Shown here in pieces: positions 7,327 through 18,315 of a stretch of 64,000 nucleotides of DNA. The notes beneath the pieces were generated by a model. That model saw nothing but the letters and a program-made list of their open reading frames with translations, did not search any database and was not told where the DNA came from. Each line of letters begins with the position of its first letter. Within the stretch, counting starts at the first letter, position 1. Origin of the DNA: an uncultured Holophaga sp. (GTDB lineage: Bacteria; Acidobacteriota; Holophagae; Holophagales; Holophagaceae); contig OY761614.1 in the NCBI GenBank assembly GCA_963664825.1, positions 3,136,001 through 3,200,000 on the forward strand. Reading direction: 5' to 3'. The position numbers and the translations under genes are program-made.

Positions 7327-9456
7327 ATGTCCGATTTTCGCATCCAGGAACACCCCATTCTTCCTTCGCCGGGAGAGCCCACCGTGCCCTTCACCTGGCA
7401 GGGGCAGGCCATGAAGGCTCGGGAGGGCGAGGTCATCGCCTCGGCCCTCTTCGCCAACGGCGTGCGCGTCTTCGGCCACCACCACAAGGACGGTTCGCCT
7501 CAGGGGATCTTCTGCGCCAACGGCCAGTGCGCCCAGTGCTCCGTCCGGGCCGATGGGCTCTCCGTGAAGTCCTGCATGGTGCCGGTGAAGCCGGGCATGG
7601 CGGTCGAACCCCTCGAGGGGCGCGCCACGCTGCCGGAGGTTTCAGCCGTGCCGGAGTTCCGCGAGATTGAGACGGTGGAAACCGAAGTGCTCATCCTGGG
7701 CGGCGGCCCGGCTGGCCTCTCGGCAGCCATCGAACTGGCCAAGGCGGGCGTGGGTGTGCTCCTCGTCGATGACAAGGCGGCTCTCGGGGGCAAGCTCGTC
7801 CTCCAGACCCACAAATTCTTCGGCAGCATTGACGCCTGTCACGCGGGCACCCGGGGTAGGGACATCGGCCAGAAGCTGGAGGCCCAGGTCCGCGGCTTCG
7901 AGAACGTGCGCGTCTGGACCGAGACCACGGCCATCGCCGTCTTCTCGGATCGCAAGGTGGGCCTCCTGCGCCAGGGCCATTACGTGCTGGTGAGGCCCCA
8001 GATGCTCTTGGTGGCCACGGGATCCCGCGAGAAGTCCCTGGTCTTCAAGGGCAACACTCTGCCGGGAGTCTACGGCGCCGGGGCCTTCCAGACCCTGGTG
8101 AACCGCGATCTGGTGCGCCCTACCGAGCGCCTCTTCGTCATCGGCGGCGGCAACGTGGGCCTCATTGCGGCCTACCACGCCCTCCAGGCGGGCATCCAGG
8201 TGGTGGGACTCTGCGAGGCGCTGGAGGAATGCGGCGGCTACAAGGTCCATAAGGATAAGCTGGTGCGCATGGGCGTGCCCATCTACACGCGCCACACGGT
8301 GGTCTGCGCCAACGGCAAGGAAGAAGTCGAAAGCGTGACCATCGCCCAGCTGGATGATCGCTGGAAGATCATTCCCGGCACCGAGCAGACCTTCCAGTGC
8401 GATACGGTGCTGGTGGCCGTGGGGCTGGAGCCCGTGGACGAGTTTTTGAAGAAGGCCAAGGAATTCGGCCTGCCCTTTTTCGCCGCAGGGGACGCCGAGG
8501 AGATCGCCGAGGCCTCCGCCGCCATGTTCACCGGCAAGATTCGGGGCCTGGAGATCGCCAAGGCCCTGGGCCGGAATGTGGGCGAGGTGCCCCCGGAATG
8601 GCACCGCACGGCACAGATTCTGAAGAGCCGCCCCGGCGCCACCCTCACCGAGGATATCCCCGAGGACGAGCAGGGTGTCTTCCCCATCTTCCATTGCAGT
8701 CAGGAGATTCCCTGCAACCCCTGCACCTCCATCTGCCCCAAGGGCGCCATCCGCATCGAGGGCAATGACATTTTGGGCCTGCCGATGTTCAGCGCAGATG
8801 ATTGCATCGCCTGTGAACAGTGCGTGGCCGTCTGCCCGGGGCTCGCCATCACCCTGGTGGACTTCCGGTCGGGAAATGATGTGCTGGTGAGCATCCCCTA
8901 CGAGTTCCCCGGCACGCGCATCCATGAGGGCGATGTCGTTACGGTGCTCGATACCCTGGGCATGCCCCTGGGCAATGTGCCGGTGGTGAAGGTGCGCAGC
9001 CCCAAGTTCGCCGATCACGCCCTGCTGGTGAAGGTGAAGGCTCCCAAAGAAATCGCCAAACTCATCGCGGGCATCCGCGTGCAGGAACCCTGGATCACGG
9101 AGCCTGCCGGGGAGACCCTGGAGCGCATGGATGATGACGAGATCGTGTGTCGCTGCGAGCGGGTGACGGCAGGGGAAATCCGCGCCCTCATCCGTCAGGG
9201 CGTGCGCGACATGAACCAGCTCAAGGCCGCCACCCGCTCAGGCATGGGGGCCTGCGGCGGGAAGACCTGCCCCAGCCTCATCCAGCGCATCTTCCGGGAG
9301 GAGGGTGTGCCGGAGAGCCAGATCACGGGCTTCACCAAACGGCCCGTCTTCATCGAAGTGCCCTTGGGCGCCTTCGCGGGGGTCATCACAGGCGATGAAC
9401 CGGCCCCGGACCCCCGCCCCAGTCACGCCGTGAGCGCTTCCCAGGGAGGTCTGTGA
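7327..9456 (+). CDS. Fused 2Fe-2S / FAD-NAD(P) oxidoreductase / 2x[4Fe-4S] / BFD-like protein (sarcosine-oxidase-alpha, proline dehydrogenase or HcnAB-like)
   Basis: CANGQCAQC..SC; GGGPAGLSAA; GGGNVG; CNPCTSICP and CIACEQCVAVCP; CRCERVT...GMGACGGKTC. AGGAG RBS before ATG 7327. Confidence 0.85.
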   Translation: MSDFRIQEHPILPSPGEPTVPFTWQGQAMKAREGEVIASALFANGVRVFGHHHKDGSPQGIFCANGQCAQCSVRADGLSVKSCMVPVKPGMAVEPLEGRATLPEVSAVPEFREIETVETEVLILGGGPAGLSAAIELAKAGVGVLLVDDKAALGGKLVLQTHKFFGSIDACHAGTRGRDIGQKLEAQVRGFENVRVWTETTAIAVFSDRKVGLLRQGHYVLVRPQMLLVATGSREKSLVFKGNTLPGVYGAGAFQTLVNRDLVRPTERLFVIGGGNVGLIAAYHALQAGIQVVGLCEALEECGGYKVHKDKLVRMGVPIYTRHTVVCANGKEEVESVTIAQLDDRWKIIPGTEQTFQCDTVLVAVGLEPVDEFLKKAKEFGLPFFAAGDAEEIAEASAAMFTGKIRGLEIAKALGRNVGEVPPEWHRTAQILKSRPGATLTEDIPEDEQGVFPIFHCSQEIPCNPCTSICPKGAIRIEGNDILGLPMFSADDCIACEQCVAVCPGLAITLVDFRSGNDVLVSIPYEFPGTRIHEGDVVTVLDTLGMPLGNVPVVKVRSPKFADHALLVKVKAPKEIAKLIAGIRVQEPWITEPAGETLERMDDDEIVCRCERVTAGEIRALIRQGVRDMNQLKAATRSGMGACGGKTCPSLIQRIFREEGVPESQITGFTKRPVFIEVPLGAFAGVITGDEPAPDPRPSHAVSASQGGL

Positions 9457-10613
9457 TGAGCACAGCCGTGTATGACGTCATCGTGGTGGGGGCAGGTTCG
9501 GTGGGCATGCCCACCTCCATGCGCCTGGCTGAGCAGGGGCTGAAGGTGCTTTGCCTGGACCAGTTCGCTTCTTCCGGCCAGGGCAGCAACAAGGCCGCCA
9601 TCGGAGGCCTGCGCGCCACCCATTCGGCCCCGGCCAAGATCAAGCTCTGCCTGGATTCCCTGAAGGTCTTCTCCAGCTGGAAGGAGACCCACGGCGATGA
9701 TCTCGAATGGCGCCAGGGAGGCTACCTCTTCGTGGCCTACCGGTCCCAGGACGAGAAGATCCTCAAGGATCTGCTGGTGGTGCAGAAGGGCCTGGGCCTC
9801 AATATCGATTGGTATGACAAGGCAGGGCTACTCAAACTGGTGCCCTCGCTGAATCCCGAGGGGTTGATCGGGGGCACCTTCAGCCCCGAGGACGGGGGCG
9901 CTTCGCCCCTCCTCAGCGGGCTGGCCTTCCATCGCAGGGCCGTCTCCCTCGGGGTGGAATGCCGCTTCAACGAGCGGGTCACCTCCATCATCCGTCGCAA
10001 GGGCAAGGTGGTAGGCGTGCGCACGGATAAGGGCGGCTACGCCACCGAGTGCGTGATCAACGCCGCCGGGGCCTGGGCGCGGCAACTGGCCCAGGCCGGA
10101 GGCCTCGATGTCCCGGTGGCTCCCGATTGCCACGAGGCAGGCATCACCGAACCCGCGGCCCGCTTCCTGGAACCCATGGTGGTCGATATCCGCCCCGCAC
10201 CTGGCAGCGTGAACTACTACTTCCACCAGATCCAGCCCGGCCAGGTGGTCTTCTGCATCACGCCGGACCCCGCCATCGTAGCCTCGGATCGCCGGGAGAC
10301 CAGCGCCTACCTGCCCATGGTGGCCCGGCGCATGGTCGACCTCATGCCTCAACTTGGCAACCTGAAGGTGCGCCGCACCTGGCGCGGGCTCTATCCCATG
10401 ACCCCCGATGGCAGCCCCCTCATCGGCCGCTCACGGGAGCTGGAGGGCTACATCGACGCCATCGGCATGTGCGGTCAGGGCTACATGCTGGGCCCTGGCG
10501 TGGGCGCCCTGGTGGCCCGCCTCGCCACCGGTAGCCTTCAAGATGGCGATGCGGCCATCCTGGAGGAACTGAGCCCCAGCCGCGTGTTCGGCGGGGCCGA
10601 GGCGCTGGCATAG
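9456..10613 (+). CDS. FAD-dependent DAO-family oxidoreductase (sarcosine-oxidase-beta / proline dehydrogenase beta-like)
   Basis: DVIVVGAGSVG, INAAGAWA, WRGLYPMTPDGSPLIG, GQGYMLGPGVG; TGATG coupling to upstream gene. Confidence 0.88.
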   Translation: MSTAVYDVIVVGAGSVGMPTSMRLAEQGLKVLCLDQFASSGQGSNKAAIGGLRATHSAPAKIKLCLDSLKVFSSWKETHGDDLEWRQGGYLFVAYRSQDEKILKDLLVVQKGLGLNIDWYDKAGLLKLVPSLNPEGLIGGTFSPEDGGASPLLSGLAFHRRAVSLGVECRFNERVTSIIRRKGKVVGVRTDKGGYATECVINAAGAWARQLAQAGGLDVPVAPDCHEAGITEPAARFLEPMVVDIRPAPGSVNYYFHQIQPGQVVFCITPDPAIVASDRRETSAYLPMVARRMVDLMPQLGNLKVRRTWRGLYPMTPDGSPLIGRSRELEGYIDAIGMCGQGYMLGPGVGALVARLATGSLQDGDAAILEELSPSRVFGGAEALA

Positions 10614-10709
10614 GACATCCCCTGGCGTGGGTTAGAGCGGAGGGCCCCCCGATTCTGCCGGTGGCCGTCATGCTATCTTGATCCACAAATTCCCACCCAC
10701 AGGTGACCC

Positions 10710-10913
10710 ATGAAAAAACGTTCCATCCGAGTCCTCTTCGTCCTCTCGGCTCTTGCGCTGCTAGGTGCCAGCACTCTTACGGCCGCAGACAAGAAGGAGA
10801 AATTCACTCAGGGAAAGAAGGGGAAAGCCAAGGAGGCCCTTGAGGAAAGTGCCGGGAAGAAGGTGAAGGACGTCAAGGTGCCCGAGCCTCCCAAACCCAC
10901 CAAGGTGAAGTAG
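10710..10913 (+). CDS. Small secreted Lys/Glu-rich protein
   Basis: Sec-type signal peptide MKKRS..ALLGASTLTAA followed by a short charged mature part; AGGTG RBS; typical codon usage. Confidence 0.65.
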   Translation: MKKRSIRVLFVLSALALLGASTLTAADKKEKFTQGKKGKAKEALEESAGKKVKDVKVPEPPKPTKVK

Positions 10914-10934
10914 GGATCCTGATCTCTGTCGCGG

Positions 10935-10977
10935 AAGGGGGCCATGAGGATGCTCTGGTCCCCCCCTTGACCCCATG
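10935..10977 (-). repeat. Second, intergenic copy of the palindromic repeat core
   Basis: Reverse complement reads CATGGGGTCAAGGGGGGGAC...GCCCCCTT, matching CATGGGGGTCCAAGGGGGGAC...GTCCCCCCTT inside hydE copy 2. Confidence 0.55.
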
Positions 10978-11029
10978 TGTTGTCCACGCGAAAAGGCCAG
11001 AGCTGCTTGACTGAAGTGTCGTGGAGAGC

Positions 11030-11290
11030 CTATCGAACCCAGTTCCGATTGGGATCTTTCACGTAGAACCTCATGACTGTGCCGCATGTTTGACAGAGGT
11101 CCCCAAAGAGTTGTTCGGCCCCTTGGAAGATGGCCGCTGTTTTATAGACAAGTCCGATGCGACCCACCTCCGCATTCTGGCCGATTTTCACCCCCGTGAG
11201 GATGTCTCCGCCGTCACAGTGGGGGCATCTTTCATTACTGATCGCGCCCTCCTGGAGGTTGTCGGTTGCCTGGGGTCTCGGAATGTCCAT
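11030..11290 (-). CDS. Small zinc-ribbon protein
   Basis: CPHC...CQTCG.V.RFY pattern; start uncertain. Confidence 0.55.
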   Translation of the reverse strand: MDIPRPQATDNLQEGAISNERCPHCDGGDILTGVKIGQNAEVGRIGLVYKTAAIFQGAEQLFGDLCQTCGTVMRFYVKDPNRNWVR

Positions 11291-11450
11291 ATCGCTATCC
11301 CCGTCTGGCCTGAAGGTGCTCGGTCTTCGGTGGTGACCACGTAGTCCAGTCGATCATACCCAGGAAGAGATATCGGAACGAAGGCCGCAACCGGATCCAA
11401 GTGAGTTTGCGAGCTGCCTGGGGAAGCGTGTCTTCATAGGGTGCGTACAA

Positions 11451-11478
11451 ACACAGAGGCTCCGGGGAGCCTCTGTGT
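11451..11478 (-). terminator. Rho-independent terminator of the MCP gene
   Basis: ACACAGAGGCTCC-gg-GGAGCCTCTGTGT perfect stem 25 nt after the MCP stop, T-rich tail on the minus strand. Confidence 0.7.
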
Positions 11479-11502
11479 AATGTCCAATTTAGCGAATTAG
11501 GA

Positions 11503-13053
11503 TTAGACCTTGAACCTGGAGACGAGGGTATTCAGGCTCTCGGCCAACTTGCTGAGCTCATCGACGGTGCGCGTGGTCTCGCGGATCGTGGCGGCCATTT
11601 CTTCCGTAGCCGCGGCGTTCTGCTCGGCGATGCCGGAGAGCTCGCCCATGGCGCCCACCACCGTAGAACTGTCCTGGCTCTGGGTTTGACTCTGGCTACC
11701 GATGGCCTTCATGCGCTCGGCGCTGGCGGTGATGGCCTCCTGGATGCTCTGGAGGGCGGAACCGGCGGTATTCACCATGCTGGTGCCATCGTCGATGCTC
11801 TTGGTGCTGGTATGGATGAGGGCCGTGATCTCCTTGGCCGCCTGGGCGCTGCGCTCAGCCAGCTTGCGGACTTCCTCAGCCACCACCGCGAATCCCTTGC
11901 CGTGTTCGCCGGCCTTGGCGGCCTCGATGGCGGCATTGAGGGAGAGGAGGTTGGTCTGATTGGCGATTTCGGTGATGACGGTGAGGATATTGCCGATCTG
12001 CTTGGAATTCTGATTGATGGCCTGCATGCCCGTCACGGCGGCGCTGACGGCGGTGCCGCCCTTGGTGCCGGCGTTTTGAGCCTGGTCGAAGACTTTGAGG
12101 GCATCAGACACCGTGGTGTAGATGACCTTCGAAGAACCGGCGATGGTCCCGACGCTCTGGGTGGCCTGTTCGACACTGGATTTCTGGTTCTCGGCGGTCT
12201 GGGCGATGGCGTCGGCGGTGGAAGCCATTTCGGTCATGCCGGCGGTCATCTGAAGCGAACCCGAGGCGATGTTGGTGGAGATGGTGATCACCTGCTGGAC
12301 GATGTTCTGGATGTTTTCGACGAAATGGTTGAAGTGCTTCGATAGCTGGGCGATCTCGTCCTCTCCATCGGCTTCCAGGCGAGCGGTGAGGTCTCCCTCT
12401 CCCTCGGAGATGTCCCGCATGCTCTGCTGGATGATCTCCAGCGGTTTGACGATGGCGTTGCCCAGGAGCATCGCGGCGCCGAGGCCGAGGGCCAGCATGA
12501 CCAAGCCCAGGCCGAACATCATGGCCACGCCCTTGGTGATTTGCTTATCGATGGCGGAGGTGTTCATCACCACGACCTGGTACCACTTCTTGCCCGGATC
12601 GGTGAGGTTGTCCACTTCGTTGCTGCCGTCCAGGAGATGAGAGGTGACCACGCGGTAGCCGCTCTTCTCATACCGGAGGCTGCCTTCGGCCACCTGCTTG
12701 ATGAAGTCCTTGGGATCGAGCTTGTCGGCATTGGCAAACTTCTTCACGGCCTTGATGGAGACGTTCTTCTTGTCATCGACACCCACGACCATGCCCATGG
12801 AGACATCGGGATCCTTGCCCAGGCTCTCCATGCCCTTGACCATGGAATCGCTCTGATCGATCTGGAGGAAGGCCTTGATGTTTTCTCCGGTCATCGCAGC
12901 TAGGCTCAGCCCGTTCTGCCATTGGGCGTCCGTCTGGGCTGATCTCATGGCCCAGCCTGCGAAACCGCCCGCCGTGAGGGCCAGGACTGCCGTGAGAAGA
13001 AGAATGGAGTAGAGAAGCTTCTTCCGAATATTGAGACGCTTCCAGAATTCCAT
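11503..13053 (-). CDS. Methyl-accepting chemotaxis protein (2 TM, HAMP, signalling domain)
   Basis: [66 protein letters not shown] before ATG 13053. Confidence 0.95.
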   Translation of the reverse strand: MEFWKRLNIRKKLLYSILLLTAVLALTAGGFAGWAMRSAQTDAQWQNGLSLAAMTGENIKAFLQIDQSDSMVKGMESLGKDPDVSMGMVVGVDDKKNVSIKAVKKFANADKLDPKDFIKQVAEGSLRYEKSGYRVVTSHLLDGSNEVDNLTDPGKKWYQVVVMNTSAIDKQITKGVAMMFGLGLVMLALGLGAAMLLGNAIVKPLEIIQQSMRDISEGEGDLTARLEADGEDEIAQLSKHFNHFVENIQNIVQQVITISTNIASGSLQMTAGMTEMASTADAIAQTAENQKSSVEQATQSVGTIAGSSKVIYTTVSDALKVFDQAQNAGTKGGTAVSAAVTGMQAINQNSKQIGNILTVITEIANQTNLLSLNAAIEAAKAGEHGKGFAVVAEEVRKLAERSAQAAKEITALIHTSTKSIDDGTSMVNTAGSALQSIQEAITASAERMKAIGSQSQTQSQDSSTVVGAMGELSGIAEQNAAATEEMAATIRETTRTVDELSKLAESLNTLVSRFKV

Positions 13054-13200
13054 GGGGGGCTCCTCGAACAGAAAAGACACAATCAAGTGATGCTAACGCC
13101 AGAAGTCTTCCAGATGCTGAATATTGCGTGATGCGGAAGCTTGAAAGCAAGATCCTGAATTCTGGCCTTGGAAGCTCGAACTCGGGGCAGGGTTTGGGAC

Positions 13201-13884
13201 CTAGGAACCCATGGGGCGGGATCCGAAAAAAGCCGTTCCGATGCGCACCTGATCGCTGCCAGCGGCAATGGCTGCCTCCAAATCAGCACTCATTCCCATG
13301 CTGATCCGCAGGGGGAGGCCCAGGCGTTCCTGCCATTCCTGGCGGAGCTGGGCGACGGTGGCAAAGGCCTCGGGCCGGTCCGGAGGAGGGATCGCCATGA
13401 AACCCTGCAGGGGCAGCCGGGGATCGTTCCCAAGGGCGTCCAGGAGGGCCTGGAGGTCTCCCTGGGCGCAGCCTCCTTGCTTGGTGGTCTCTCCCCAGAG
13501 GTCCACTTGAATCCAGACCTTCCGGATCAGATCCAGTTCCTCGGCGAAGGCGCGCAGACGTGTGGCGAGTTCGGGACGATCCAGGCTGAGGATTTCCCGG
13601 AAGGATTGTAGGGCCAACCGGGCCTTGTTCCGCTGGAGGGGCCCGGTCAGGACGAAATCCAGATGGGGAAATTCCTGGGCCTTGGCGCTCCCCTCCTGGA
13701 CATAGTTCTCGCCGAAGCGCGAATAGCCCAATTCACTCGCTTCTCGGATGAGGGCCGAGGGCTGGCGCTTGGAGATTGGGAGGACTTCGACGGAATCGAC
13801 GCTGCGGCCACAGGCTTCGCAGGCGGCTCTTACACGAGCCTCGACCTTGCGGATGTTGTAGACGAGTCCGGGTTCGGATGTCAT
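13201..13884 (-). CDS. yggS: PLP homeostasis protein, YggS family
   Basis: ISKRQP, FGENYVQE, GPLQRNK, SMGMSADLEAAIAAGSDQVRIGTAFFG. Confidence 0.92.
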   Translation of the reverse strand: MTSEPGLVYNIRKVEARVRAACEACGRSVDSVEVLPISKRQPSALIREASELGYSRFGENYVQEGSAKAQEFPHLDFVLTGPLQRNKARLALQSFREILSLDRPELATRLRAFAEELDLIRKVWIQVDLWGETTKQGGCAQGDLQALLDALGNDPRLPLQGFMAIPPPDRPEAFATVAQLRQEWQERLGLPLRISMGMSADLEAAIAAGSDQVRIGTAFFGSRPMGS

Positions 13885-13901
13885 GGGGCGGTCATTTGGG
13901 C

Positions 13902-14606
13902 TTAGGACTGAGGCGGGATGAAGAGGATCCGCTGGCAGTATTCGCAGGGGATGGTCCCCTGTTCCCGGAGCTGGGCGAGCAGGGGGCCCCTGAGCTTGGT
14001 GCGGCAGCCCCCGCAGTTCCCGTTTTCCACCGGCACGACGGCCCGGCCTTGGCGCTGGGCGATGAGCTTATTGAACCGGGAGAGGGCGGCGGGTTCCAGC
14101 TGGACCTCGAGTTCCGTGAGGCGGGTCTGATGAAGCTCCTGGGCGGCGATCTGGTTCTCGTGTTCCGAAAGGAAAATCTGGTGAAGCTCGTCGAATTGGC
14201 CCTGAAGCAGGGAGCGGCGGGCTTCGAGATCGGCCGTTTCCTGCTCCAGGAGGCTAATGCGGGCATGGGTCTCTTTCAGGGGGCGCGCCACGGCACTCGT
14301 CTGGCGCTCCCGCTCGTCCAGTTCCCGGATGGCGGAGGTGTAATGAGTCTTGTTGGTGGATTGCTTGACCGTTGCCTTCGCGTTTTGCTCGAGCTTCTGG
14401 GCCAGTTTGACCTGGTCGTCCAGATTCCCGGCCTTGGCCCGGGAATCGGCCAATTCCCTGGTGGCGATCTCCTGGCGCTTGAGGATCATCTTGAGTTCCG
14501 AATCCAGCTTGGCCATATCCGGAGGGAAGGCCGTCAGGTCTCGGTGGATGGTCCGGAGATTCTCGTGGAGGCCTTGCAGTTCCATCAGGAGGGGGAGCGT
14601 ATTCAT
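13902..14606 (-). CDS. Coiled-coil protein with C4-type zinc ribbon (DUF164/CT398-like)
   Basis: Long heptad coiled coil, then AVVPVENGNCGGC...CEYCQRIL. Confidence 0.85.
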   Translation of the reverse strand: MNTLPLLMELQGLHENLRTIHRDLTAFPPDMAKLDSELKMILKRQEIATRELADSRAKAGNLDDQVKLAQKLEQNAKATVKQSTNKTHYTSAIRELDERERQTSAVARPLKETHARISLLEQETADLEARRSLLQGQFDELHQIFLSEHENQIAAQELHQTRLTELEVQLEPAALSRFNKLIAQRQGRAVVPVENGNCGGCRTKLRGPLLAQLREQGTIPCEYCQRILFIPPQS

Positions 14607-14731
14607 GTTTCCAGGATAAACCCGGTGGGGATCTTGTGCTGGAGGCAAATCTTTTAAAGGCCCCGAATAGGAACAAGAAGAAAATATGCGCGTGATAGAC
14701 TAATAAAATTCAAGAATTCTCACGAAATGGG

Positions 14732-14759
14732 TTGACACAGGAATGGGGTGCGCTAGATT
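14732..14759 (+). promoter_or_regulatory. Sigma-70-type promoter of groESL
   Basis: TTGACA-N16-TAGATT immediately upstream of and overlapping CIRCE. Confidence 0.7.
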
Positions 14760-14784
14760 AGCACTCGCTGGTAGTGAGTGCTAA
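14758..14784 (+). promoter_or_regulatory. CIRCE element (HrcA operator)
   Basis: Perfect TTAGCACTC-N9-GAGTGCTAA upstream of groES. Confidence 0.97.
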
Positions 14785-14823
14785 CAGCGGCCCCGTTTGG
14801 GGACCCTTTCCGTGGAGGTATTC

Positions 14824-16774
<1,951 letters not shown>

Positions 16775-16809
16775 TCGAAGACTCCTGGCCGCTTCGCGGC
16801 CGGGAAGTG

Positions 16810-16849
16810 AAACAAGAAGGGCCCTGCACGCGCAGGGCCCTTCTTGTTT
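16810..16849 (+). terminator. groESL terminator
   Basis: AAACAAGAAGGGCCCTGC-acgc-GCAGGGCCCTTCTTGTTT 18-bp stem. Confidence 0.85.
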
Positions 16850-16939
16850 AGGCCCGGAAGGGCGGGATCTGTGCCGGTAGACTGGAAGGTGTCCGGCGGC
16901 TCCCCAGGGAGCGAATCACGATCAAGGGAGTGGTAGCGC

Positions 16940-18244
16940 ATGAAGTTTTTTATTGAGACCTGGGGTTGCCAGATGAACGACCACGATAGCGAGAAGCTAT
17001 CAGGGCTGCTCTTGGGGGAGGGCTTCGAGGAGGCCTCTGCCCCGGAGGAAGCCGATCTGGTGCTCCTCAATACCTGTTCAATCCGTGAGAAAGCCGTCCA
17101 CAAGGTCTACACGGAGCTGGGCCGCCTGCGGGAGCTCAAAGCGCAACGCCCCCTGATCATCGGCGTCACAGGCTGCCTGGCCCAGCAGGAGAAGACGGCC
17201 CTCTTCAAGCGGGCGCCCCAGGTCGATTTCGTGCTGGGCACCATGGCCCTCCAGCAACTGCCCCGGCTGGTAGCGGAAGCCCAGGCGGGGCGGGGGCGGG
17301 TCATCGATACGGGCGAGTACCCGGATAACCATCTCTTCCCTTCGGAAGTGACCCAGCGGCGCAGCCGGGCCAAGGCCCTCGTCACGATCATGGAGGGATG
17401 CAACCACGCCTGCACCTATTGCGTGGTGCCCAATACCCGCGGGGCCGAGCGCAGCCGCCCGGTTCTCGATATCCTCGCCGAAGTGCGCCTGATGGTCGAA
17501 GGGGGCTACCGGGAGATCGAGCTGCTGGGGCAGAACGTGAACAGCTATCGGGGCGGTTGCACCTTCGCTGAACTGCTGGAGCGGGTTTCAGAGGTGGAGG
17601 GTGTGGAATGGATCCGCTTCACCACCAGCCATCCCATGAATTTCACGAGAGAATTGGCCCATACCCTCGTGACCAATCCCAAGGTGGCCCCCTTCCTCCA
17701 CCTCCCTGTCCAGAGCGGCAGCGATGCCGTGCTGCGGCGGATGCGACGCGGGTACACCGTGGAACAGTATCTGGAACGCCTGGGCTACCTGGGCGCTGGT
17801 CGCGCGCGCTTCGCCCTTTCCACCGATTTCATCGTGGGCTTCCCCGGGGAGACCGACGAGGACTTCGAGGCCACCATGCAGGTGCTGGAGACGGTGAAAT
17901 ACGACACTTCCTTCAGCTTCATCTATAGTCCGCGCCCCAATACGCCCGCCCTGCGCCTCAAGGATGATCTCCCACCCTCCGTGAAGCTGGAGCGGCTCAC
18001 ACGGCTGCAGCTGCGCCAGAAGGAGCTGACGCTGGAGAGCCATGGCCGTCTGTTGGGGCTCGAAGTGGATGTGCGCATCGAGAGCGCCGAGCCCACGGAA
18101 CAGGGGCACTGGATGGCCCGCACGGGTCAGTGGCAGAACGTTCATCTGAGTGCGCCTGAAGGTTGCCGGCTCACCTTCGGCAGCCTCACTCGCGCCCGCA
18201 TCACTCATGCGGGCCCCCATTTCCTGGGGGCGGAACTGGCCTGA
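16940..18244 (+). CDS. miaB: tRNA-2-methylthio-N6-dimethylallyladenosine synthase
   Basis: TWGCQMNDHDSE, NTCSIREKA, GCNHACTYCVVP, RFTTSHP, C-terminal TRAM domain. Confidence 0.95.
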   Translation: MKFFIETWGCQMNDHDSEKLSGLLLGEGFEEASAPEEADLVLLNTCSIREKAVHKVYTELGRLRELKAQRPLIIGVTGCLAQQEKTALFKRAPQVDFVLGTMALQQLPRLVAEAQAGRGRVIDTGEYPDNHLFPSEVTQRRSRAKALVTIMEGCNHACTYCVVPNTRGAERSRPVLDILAEVRLMVEGGYREIELLGQNVNSYRGGCTFAELLERVSEVEGVEWIRFTTSHPMNFTRELAHTLVTNPKVAPFLHLPVQSGSDAVLRRMRRGYTVEQYLERLGYLGAGRARFALSTDFIVGFPGETDEDFEATMQVLETVKYDTSFSFIYSPRPNTPALRLKDDLPPSVKLERLTRLQLRQKELTLESHGRLLGLEVDVRIESAEPTEQGHWMARTGQWQNVHLSAPEGCRLTFGSLTRARITHAGPHFLGAELA

Positions 18245-18315
18245 TCCTTCCTCCGCACCCTTCCCGGGACGTTGCCGAGCGCCCCTGCCGTGATGATTGA
18301 GTGGAGTCCAAACCC

